Shown here piece after piece: positions 1 to 8,079 of a stretch of DNA of 64,000 bases. This stretch comes from Tetramitus jugosus (Eukaryota; Protista; Heterolobosea): NCBI GenBank assembly GCA_937625935.1, contig OW569386.1, forward strand, positions 1 to 64,000, given 5' to 3'. Position 1 is the stretch's first letter; the number at the start of each line of letters is the position of its first letter. The notes beneath the pieces are model-generated. The model was not told the DNA's origin. It did not search any database and saw only the letters and a list, made by a program, of their open reading frames with translations. Both the position numbers and the translations under genes were made by a program.

Positions 1-716
1 CCAAACCAAACCCAAACAAACCCAAACCCAAACCCTAACCCAAACCCAAACCCAAACCCAAACCCAAACCCAAACCCAAACCCAAACCCAAACCCAAACC
101 CAAACCCAAACCCAAACCCAAACCCAAACCCAAACCCAAACCCAAACCCAAACCCAAACCCAAACCCAAACCCAAACCCAAACCCAAACCCAAACCCAAA
201 CCCAAACCCAAACCCAAACCCAAACCCAAACCCAAACCCAAACCCAAACCCAAACCCAAACCCAAACCCAAACCCAAACCCAAACCCAAACCCAAACCCA
301 AACCCAAACCCAAACCCAAACCCAAACCCAAACCCAAACCCAAACCCAAACCCAAACCCAAACCCAAACCCAAACCCAAACCCAAACCCAAACCCAAACC
401 CAAACCCAAACCCAAACCCAAACCCAAACCCAAACCCAAACCCAAACCCAAACCCAAACCCAAACCCAAACCCAAACCCAAACCCAAACCCAAACCCAAA
501 CCCAAACCCAAACCCAAACCCAAACCCAAACCCAAACCCAAACCCAAACCCAAACCCAAACCCAAACCCAAACCCAAACCCAAACCCAAACCCAAACCCA
601 AACCCAAACCCAAACCCAAACCCAAACCCAAACCCAAACCCAAACCCAAACCCAAACCCAAACCCAAACCCAAACCCAAACCCAAACCCAAACCCAAACC
701 CAAACCCAAACCCAAA
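1..716 (+). repeat. Telomere, (CCCAAA)n = TTTGGG on G-strand, ~119 units
   Basis: Uninterrupted CCCAAA array at the window start; a few variant units (CCAAA, CCCTAA) in the first ~40 nt. Confidence 0.97.
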
Positions 717-1704
717 TTCACTTCCTTCTCAAAAATTAAAATTTGCATCCAAATTCAAAACAAAATCGATCTGTCATCTAAAATTTGATCAAACAATATC
801 TGTCTGAATTAAAATCACTCAATTCATTTCCATTTTCATCTCTTGATCCTCATTGCTTAGTCTTTATGGAAACCAGAAATCTTCTCATCAAGTGCTCAAC
901 ATTTGAAAGGATTAGAGGCAATAAAGTGTGTTAATACACGTATTGTGAGTAACAATTTCTATTCTACTTGAGTTATGACGGGTTGGGTTTGGGCATTCAA
1001 CTCTGCACTCAACAAAACACAAAATAGGACTTCTCATTCTATTAGAGTTAATATCTCTCAGAAGAAGAATTCTTTCCAAGATTTTCAGTCTAGTACATTC
1101 ATAAAACTGAATTGTCACTCACAAACGCTATAATACTCTGCATTTTTGACGGGTTGAGTCAGACATTCCAACTATAAACTTGATTCAAATTTGAAACTTC
1201 ACTATTCCACTGTCTTACAGAATTTTAAAACGAAAGGTCTCAATAATAGTTAAAAATATATGATTCTACAGTGATTATTTGATAAAAATGTCGATTCTAT
1301 CCAGAAAAACACTAAATCAAGTCAATCAAAATTTCCGAAAAACCAGGTACTCAGAAACTGAGGCAAAATATAATTGGAAGATAATCATGTTAAAAATGAT
1401 CAAATACTATCTCAATACCCTGATCCAAAACAAAGAAACCATGTTTCACTCGAATGTCTTACCTCCAGTACAGGATCAAAATCTACTGAAATCTGTTGCA
1501 GTTTTAACACTGTTGCCGTTAAAAATCTGTTACATACAGCAGATATGTCTCCTCTACGAGCTGATAAAGCTCAAATTGAGTTGAAAATCACGCCAAACTC
1601 TTCAACTCAATCAGTTGAAGCTTTTAGAGCAATAAAAAATCTCAAAAAACAACCTGCCTAAAAAGGAAACGTCTAAAAAAGCAGGTTATTTAAATACTGC
1701 GTAC

Positions 1705-1721
1705 CCCAAACCCAAACCCAA
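1705..1721 (+). repeat. Interstitial telomeric tract (~3 units)
   Basis: CCCAAACCCAAACCCAA, same orientation as the terminal telomere. Confidence 0.85.
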
Positions 1722-2106
1722 CCACAACTTCCTCTCACTCAATCATTCGCTCCATGCACCTCTGCCCTCGCTGTCAAAACTCTCATTGTAATTCTAACAA
1801 CACTCCTTCATCCATGTTGAACCTTCATCAAAGGAGTTTAAGCTCTTTCATCATTCTTTGTTACAAAATATTTCCTGCCGTGTCCTTCGTCTTTTCCTTT
1901 CCCCCACGTTTCGGTTACTGGACAATGCCATTCCCAGTCGAGAATGCATTCATCAGGCTATTGTATTCACCGACTGAGCATTACAAACAATTTATGAAGG
2001 ACTTCAATCTTGCACTTCAACCGTCTCGGTCACAATGTATCTTCCTTCAGATGTTCGAACCTTCCTGATCTTAGTTCCAAGTTCCTCTGTAGAAATCTTT
2101 TTATGC

Positions 2107-2396
2107 GGAACTATCTGGTTCCTCTTAGACATGTGTGAATTTAGGCGGAACCAGCTGGTTCCACTGAAAAAGTCGTATTACAGGCGGAACCAGATAGTTC
2201 CACTGACAAAGTCAAGTTTTAGGCGGAACCAGCTGGTTCCTCTGTAAAGTCGAAAATTTAGGCGGAACCAGATAGTTCCTCTGAAAAAAAGTTCTTTTAG
2301 GCGGAACCAGCTGGTTCCGCTTGTGAGTTCAACTTTTAGGCGGAACCAGATAGTTCCTCTGTAAAAACGCTTTTCTCGGCCGAAATGGCTGGTTCC
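2107..2396. repeat. Palindromic 39-bp unit array A (8 units)
   Basis: GGAAC-N6-GTTCC cores start at 2107, 2147, 2186, 2225, 2264, 2303, 2342 and (degenerate) 2381. Consensus TTTAGGC-GGAAC-(CAGCTG|CAGATA)-GTTCC-(T/A/G)CT-N~12. Confidence 0.95.
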
Positions 2397-2626
2397 ACCT
2401 ATTTTTTCTCGACTCATCAGTCAATAGCTCACAGAGATTTGGGTTTTCTGAGCTCAAAACCCAACTCCATATCACAGTTTGGGGGATAGTTCGGAATCTA
2501 TAGTGAGTTTTTTCACACAAAGCTTAAGTTGAACATTCCAGACCATAAAGAATACAAAAACAACCTTTACAACGTACAGTTGACTGTATTCAGCCAGTCT
2601 TGGCTAGCCGATATGTGACAACCCAA
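2182..2626 (+). repeat. Long direct repeat, copy 1 (distal array units plus ~230-bp non-array segment)
   Basis: Near-identical to ~7674-8079 apart from one extra unit. Identity stops at ...GATATGTGACAACCCAA, where this copy runs into telomeric repeats. Confidence 0.93.
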
Positions 2627-2639
2627 ACCCAAACCCAAA
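2622..2639 (+). repeat. Interstitial telomeric tract (CCCAAA)x3
   Basis: Sits exactly at the end of direct-repeat copy 1. Confidence 0.9.
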
Positions 2640-2644
2640 AAGCA

Positions 2645-2772
2645 TGGTTCCGCCTATTGAACCCAATGATTTTTAGGCGGAACCAGCTGGTTCCTCTGAA
2701 AAAAAGGCAAAACAAGCGGAACCAGATAGTTCCTCTTACAAATCCATTTTCTAAGCGGAACTAGATGGTGTC
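2645..2772. repeat. Palindromic 39-bp unit array B (half unit plus 3 units), directly 3' of the YR stop codon
   Basis: Half site TGGTTCCGCCTA at 2645; cores at 2679 (CAGCTG), 2718 (CAGATA) and 2757 (degenerate). Confidence 0.9.
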
Positions 2773-2787
2773 TCTCTGAAGAACAGT

Positions 2788-4932
2788 TTATTCGAATCTG
2801 CCATAGTCAAAGGCGAGTAGTTCTTCAATATTGAGTGTGTCTTGTTGTCCTTTCTCGTTCGTATCTTCAGTCATCATCATCTCATCTGATACGCATGGTG
2901 TACTCTCTCTGACAACATCTGGTTGAGTTACAAGTCCTTCAAATTCAGGGAGGTGTATCATGTTGAAGTTGGTTTCTGTTGTGTCCTCCTCACTGCTGTC
3001 ATCGGTAAAGGTGAGTCTTCGTTTCACACCTCTAGGATTAAATCTCTCCTCAATCGTCATTCTGTCACCAGTGGATGTGGCCGTTGTTTTGGCTTGATAA
3101 TCCTCATGGAATACTCTGTTAATGTATTCATCTGTTTGATTTCCCACTGCCAATTTCAGGAACACTTGTTTCCCAATGTTCAACAAAATGGACAATCTGA
3201 TCTCCTTACTAGCAGTTTGATATTGACTGTTGTTGTTTAGTGCTTCTCTGCATTCCTCAGCATGTTCACACCATTTTCTGATGTATTTCTGATGATACAC
3301 CATCCAAATTGTTTGATGCTTCTTTCCCTCTGATTTCTGATCCTCTTCGTCACATGCTCTTTTTAAGTTAGGTCTCAGCTGAAGAATTCTTGATTTTATG
3401 CGTCTAAAGGACACATACTTTGTTACCGAAGAGGGAGATTTCTTAGGTCTCTTCGATGATCGTCTCACTTCTCTCATCGTTGTTCTCACAGGTTGAGGCG
3501 ATGAGCTCGAAGTGCTTGTTGTGTTAAAAAAGCTTCTCACAACATTCTGTGCTTCAGTGTTTTGTTGTAGATCTTGAAGACTTGCAACATTCTGGGAACA
3601 GAAGATCGACATCCTTTCGTAAGCATCTATAGAATCATCATTATTCCATCCCACATGTCTCTTGATTGCTTGCCGAATGTTATCCTTGATGATGCCATAC
3701 CGTAAAATACTGGTCATCAGTGCTTGACAGATGTGACCACTTCTGAGTGATCTCATCGTGTAACGACAGCGAAGTTCAGTGTCAGAGCTTTGCTTCATGA
3801 GATTAGACATGTCTTTGGAAGACATTGGTGCTTCACTTGTTGATTGCGTGAATAAAAACTCTTCACTCGAACCATCTCTGTACTCAAAAGGTCCTTCAGT
3901 AATAAGGTTAAGGAGTGTGGGAGCTTTAAACACTTTTCTAATGTGGAACAGGTACCATAATAGAGCATACACTGGACATTCGTTAAAATCAGTGCTACCA
4001 TACACAGTATTGCGAAGTTCATCTCTTCCAATTCCTTTGTTCTTGTAACCAACGTTTTGAACGACAAGTATTGGTTGATCATCAACCTTGACGGAACTGA
4101 AGGTGACATCCTTCAATTTCATATATGAGAGAGTATCACCTCTCCAACCAATATGCCTTCCATACATAATGATAGCCCTGAGCTTGATCTGAGGCTCTCT
4201 GTTGTCCCTCTTTGCCAGGATTCTTTGCCATCTCTTTAAGTCATTGTTCAGCAAAGGACAGACTTTGAATTTTGAATTGCCGTACTTCCTGATTAATGAT
4301 CTGAATAACTTTCTGATGAAGTCACCCATTTCAAGTTTCAGGTCAATGTTTCTTTCTTCCTTGAGAAGAGAACACAGTTGGTTCCAAAAACAGTTAACAA
4401 CAGTACTGTGACTGTATTTGTACACTACTCTCATTTGTAGTAAGTACAGTCCCAAAACAAACTTCCCAGGTAGATAACAATCAACAGTCTCCAATTCTTT
4501 GTGTTTCTTCTTTTGTTCTTCCAGCCACCCTTTCCAGCTTCTCCAAGAATATTGTTGGATCCTTCTTGTACCAGGAGCCTGACTCAACTGCATCAAATTT
4601 ATCAGCTGTGCCATTAGGTCTGAGAGAGTCTTATCATCATTGGTGTCAACGCAGATCTCTCGGCACAAGTCTTCATCACTACCAGTCTTCTCCATTCTGA
4701 CAATTGGTTGTACTGTCAGTTCATCAGTTATTTTCTGATTCTTCAAGGTGGATGCTCTCTCTGTACCAAAGTAACAGCTGAGTTCTTTGTCCACATCTTC
4801 AAGAGTAAGGCCATCAATCTTGTCCCCTTCAACGTCTTCCAAAGAGATAAGACCACTCTGAACGAAAGGATGTGCAGGTGAAGCATCAAGTTTCTCAACT
4901 TGTTTCAAGTATTCTCTTTCAATAGATTGCAT
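2788..4932 (-). CDS. Tyrosine recombinase (Crypton/DIRS-like YR), ~714 aa; likely start MQSIERE at 4932
   Basis: Motifs in order: GWRGDTL (R), YKNKG (K), ECPV, YTMRSLRSG (x-x-R), HVGW, SIDAY (Tyr nucleophile), with a helical core-binding region upstream. The ORF-track N-terminus (5073-4987) is MULE TIR sequence. Confidence 0.88.
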   Translation of the reverse strand: MQSIEREYLKQVEKLDASPAHPFVQSGLISLEDVEGDKIDGLTLEDVDKELSCYFGTERASTLKNQKITDELTVQPIVRMEKTGSDEDLCREICVDTNDDKTLSDLMAQLINLMQLSQAPGTRRIQQYSWRSWKGWLEEQKKKHKELETVDCYLPGKFVLGLYLLQMRVVYKYSHSTVVNCFWNQLCSLLKEERNIDLKLEMGDFIRKLFRSLIRKYGNSKFKVCPLLNNDLKRWQRILAKRDNREPQIKLRAIIMYGRHIGWRGDTLSYMKLKDVTFSSVKVDDQPILVVQNVGYKNKGIGRDELRNTVYGSTDFNECPVYALLWYLFHIRKVFKAPTLLNLITEGPFEYRDGSSEEFLFTQSTSEAPMSSKDMSNLMKQSSDTELRCRYTMRSLRSGHICQALMTSILRYGIIKDNIRQAIKRHVGWNNDDSIDAYERMSIFCSQNVASLQDLQQNTEAQNVVRSFFNTTSTSSSSPQPVRTTMREVRRSSKRPKKSPSSVTKYVSFRRIKSRILQLRPNLKRACDEEDQKSEGKKHQTIWMVYHQKYIRKWCEHAEECREALNNNSQYQTASKEIRLSILLNIGKQVFLKLAVGNQTDEYINRVFHEDYQAKTTATSTGDRMTIEERFNPRGVKRRLTFTDDSSEEDTTETNFNMIHLPEFEGLVTQPDVVRESTPCVSDEMMMTEDTNEKGQQDTLNIEELLAFDYGRFE

Positions 4933-4986
4933 TGGTGTGATTGCTTTGTTTGTTTGATGTGTTTCTCTCATTTGACCGTTAAACAT

Positions 4987-5078
4987 GGGACTTGCGAAAT
5001 GTGGGAGCGGGAATCCCAGTTTTGACTGGGACTCGAAGTTCTGGGAGTCCTGAAGGGTCCTACTGAGTCCCATATTTC
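4987..5078. repeat. MULE left TIR
   Basis: Inverted match to 7360-7471; multiple CTGGGA/TCCCAG subrepeats. Confidence 0.9.
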
Positions 5079-5124
5079 AACATATGTGTATAGTAGCATA
5101 ATTGTATTGTAGTGTATATGTATT

Positions 5125-7261
5125 TTATTTACGTCCCTTTCTGGCCTGTCTCTTTGAAGTATGTACAATCATGTTGAATTGACGTGATAGACTAATCTTT
5201 GCTGAAGATGAAGGTAGAGACGTCTTCTGTCTCTTCTGAGGTACTTCATCATCGCTAGATTCACTATCTGTAATATTTCTCTTCCTCTTAGGTGATCTGG
5301 ATGACTGTGATCTTGGTGCTTGACTATCGGATGAACTACTTGCAGATGCCTTCATATCTTCAGCATTATCAACATCATTTTCATTATCAGAGGATGTATC
5401 AAGAAATTCTACTTCACTATCGCTGTGACCATCATCAACTTTCTCCATAATTTCGACATTTGATGTGCGATTACCATGATATGTCTTATCAGATCTGTCA
5501 GCTCTCTTCCTTAGATTCTTCTTCTTCTTTCCCTTCCTTGTGTTAGGGACCTTAGCTGCTTCAATGAGTTTCTCCATTGGTAAACTGAAAGGAGATTCAG
5601 CCCATTTATCAATTTGTATCTGCCATAGATTGTGTAGCTCTAGTACAGCCCAAATATGTCTGCACGTACAATACTTTTTCTTCTCATCACAATTGCACAC
5701 TACTTGTCTTTTCTCCTTTTTTACCATTATTTGAACTAGTGCAACGTGATCATCTTCCTCGTTATCCATTACACTATAGCTAGAACCACTAGCAGTAACA
5801 GGTCCATCTACAATAGATTTCTTGCTATTCAAAATCTCCAGTGTATCCTTCTTCATCTTATGTACAATGTTCGCATTCAACGTCGAGTATTCCAGAGGAT
5901 CAATGGATAAGTCCCTAAGTTCTTCATCATCTTCTTCTGCATTGCTGCAATCTCCCTCTGACATATCTGTCGTTTCCTTGAAGCGGTCAAGAAGTTCCTT
6001 TCTTATGCTTGAAATTTTATAATCCAATGCATTCTGCATTGTGACGCGAAGATGCATATATTCGTCAATCAGAACATTTGAACCAAATCCAGCTCTACTC
6101 AATATATCTCCACGTTCAGTTGAAAATAGATAGTCCATGAACTCATCTATAAACTCAGAGATAGTCTCACACTTGTCTATCATCCGTTTCACCTTCCGGT
6201 TTCCAGACTCAGACCAATTGTCGTAAAAAGGGAACGGTACAAAGGGATGTTCTCTTCGCGACAATTTGTAATTATCGATCAGTAGATTCATCTTAAAAGA
6301 GACATCTTGATGCTTCTCCCAATACTTCTTCCATTCCTCATATTTCTTCTTCGACAATAATGATTGCCAAATTCTCATTGTAGCTTCTTTCTGATCATCA
6401 TAATTTGAACTGGTGGACATCAATAAACCACCAAGATTACCTCGCTTACCATTACCCTTGATCGAAGTAATAATACTCTCTCTATCGTTCTCTTTCACTC
6501 CCAGAGCACGAAGTTTCTGACCCCAATCATCTTCTTTGTGGAACAAGCATTCAAATGTTCGAGCTTTTGGGGCAACTGTTTGAATAGCAGCTGCAAGACC
6601 TTTTCCTCCATCTCTACCAATACCAAAAGCAGTAGATAATACCTTTTGGCAGTTCATATCAATTGCCTGTAAAGCAAGAGTGAATGTAGCAGCGTCTTCA
6701 TGATCATGAATAATGAGTGCTCCAGGTCTAATTGGTGACTCTTTAAACCAATATGCACAGTACCAAATTATTGTTACAAGACAATCACACAACTCAAATG
6801 TTGATTCCATAGTGAACATGTTGCCATCAGGACATCTCTTGTTGTTGGAAAGGAGTTTGAATCACCAATCTCATTGATGGAAACATCTCACATTGAAGAG
6901 CTTGATCTCGTCCAAGAGTCATCATCTTCGTCATTAGGTCATTGTAGTCTCTCTTTTTTTTTGCATCTTTCAAACCTCGTTGTCCATCCAATTGCACTAA
7001 TCTTGATGGAGTACCTCCCTTATCCCACTTGCCACAGCGATCATATCTAATATCCCTGGTAGAATGGGAACGTCCATCCTTATTCTTCGTCGACACAAAG
7101 AAAACACTACTTTTGAACTCATCTAGATAGTTCAATGGAAGAGTACTCTTCGTGGTTGTACTCCATTTATTAATAAGTAGGTGCAAAGCATCAACATAGG
7201 ATAATGATGAAGTCTTGTCACTGAATTCAGGTAATACGTGTACTGTTGGTGAGTCTGCCAT
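5125..7261 (-). pseudogene. MULE transposase with SWIM zinc finger, split by a +1 frameshift at ~6829
   Basis: FTMESTF (first catalytic D position is E), GRDGGKGLAAAIQTVAPKARTFECLFH (second D plus CxxH), DNWSESGNRKVK (E), SWIM CNC..CTCRHIWAV. ORF 7261-6827 ends ATG TCC TGA; the +1 frame continues GAT GGC AAC ATG into ORF 6819-5125. Confidence 0.85.
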
Positions 7262-7359
7262 GTTGTTTCTTTTGATTGATTGTTGAAGTGATGGAAAATA
7301 TAAAAAAACACTTCTAACGGTTTCTTTCTGGCGCGAAACGGATCCTTCTCCTAATAGGA

Positions 7360-7471
7360 GAAATATGGGACTTCACAGGACCAGTCGGGATCCCCAGTTC
7401 CAGTATTCCCAGGAGTCCCAAAACAAAACTGGGAGAAACCAGGATTCCTGCTCCCACATTTCGGTTGACCC
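7360..7471. repeat. MULE right TIR
   Basis: Inverted match to 4987-5078 with two small insertions. Confidence 0.9.
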
Positions 7472-7485
7472 GTTAAACATTTTCC

Positions 7486-7492
7486 TTTTATA
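7486..7492 (-). promoter_or_regulatory. Candidate TATA box of the YR gene, displaced by the MULE
   Basis: TATAAAA on the minus strand. With the MULE removed it lies ~59 nt upstream of ATG 4932, ahead of a CA-rich leader like that of RPL30. Confidence 0.45.
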
Positions 7493-7560
7493 TGGTGTGT
7501 TTATAACGGTAACTTCAATAATCGTCTTGAACCGAATAGTTCTTCCTTCATATTGTTGGT

Positions 7561-7849
7561 GGAACCAGCTGGTTCCTCTAACAAATCCTACATTTAGGCG
7601 GAACCAGATAGTTCCTCTGAAAAAATGATATTTTAGGCGGAACCAGCTGGTTCCGCTTGTGAATCCAACTTTTAGGCGGAACCAGATAGTTCTACTGACA
7701 AAGTCAAGTTTTAGGCGGAACCAGTTGGTTCCTCTGTAAAGTCGAAAATTTAGGCGGAACCAGCTGGTTCCGCTTGTGAGTCCAACTTTTAGGCGGAACC
7801 AGATAGTTCCTCTGTAAAAAAGCTTTTCTGGGCCGAAATGGCTGGTTCC
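7561..7849. repeat. Palindromic 39-bp unit array C (8 units)
   Basis: Cores at 7561, 7600, 7639, 7678, 7717, 7756, 7795 and (degenerate) 7834; exact 39-bp spacing. Confidence 0.95.
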
Positions 7850-8079
7850 GCCTATTTTTTCGAGACTCATCAGTCAATAGCTCATAGAGATTTGGGTTTT
7901 CTGAGTTCAAAACCCAACTCCATATCACATTTTGGGGGATAGTTCAGAATCTATAGTGAGTTTTTCCACACAAAGCTTAAGTTGAACATTTCACACCATA
8001 AAGAATACAAAAACAACCTTTACAACGTACAGTTGACTGTATTCAGTCAGTCTTGGCTAGCCGATATGTGACAACCCAA
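7674..8079 (+). repeat. Long direct repeat, copy 2
   Basis: Matches 2182-2626 and lacks one 39-bp unit. Confidence 0.93.

Larger units (their letters stand above)
4987..7471 (-). mobile_element. Mutator-like (MULE) DNA transposon, 2485 bp
   Basis: Imperfect TIRs at 4987-~5078 and ~7360-7471 (GGGACTTGCGAAATGTGGGAGCGGGAATCC vs reverse complement GGGTCAACCGAAATGTGGGAGCAGGAATCC). Perfect 9-bp TSD GTTAAACAT at 4978-4986 and 7472-7480. Internal DDE+SWIM ORFs. Confidence 0.93.
2107..8079 (-). mobile_element. Putative YR-encoding subtelomeric element with palindromic site arrays; boundaries uncertain
   Basis: Single YR gene with arrays on both sides and long direct repeats; no RT, gag or capsid genes recognised. 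Confidence 0.6.

Noticed and set aside
35-748. 237-aa (LG)n ORF
   Set aside because: Translation of the telomere repeat.
912-2068. Short subtelomeric ORFs (68-104 aa)
   Set aside because: No recognisable motifs, and most lack an ATG start.
2035-2520. Short ORFs with RRNQLVP / GTSWFRL repeats (also 7373-7928)
   Set aside because: Open only because the 39-bp period is a multiple of 3; no independent coding evidence.
4987-5073. YR start at 5073 (761 aa) and the similar ORF 7365-7628
   Set aside because: Both are translations of the MULE TIRs.
2788-7261. Single Tec-like composite transposase plus YR element
   Set aside because: TIRs and the 9-bp TSD enclose only the MULE, indicating a nested insertion.
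2107-7849. CRISPR array call for the 39-bp palindromic arrays
   Set aside because: Eukaryotic context, no cas genes, only ~12 variable nt per unit, and linkers related to one another. Reported as repeats and recombination-site candidates instead.
2182-8079. LTR or DIRS retrotransposon
   Set aside because: No RT, RNase H or gag, and no TG..CA ends recognised.
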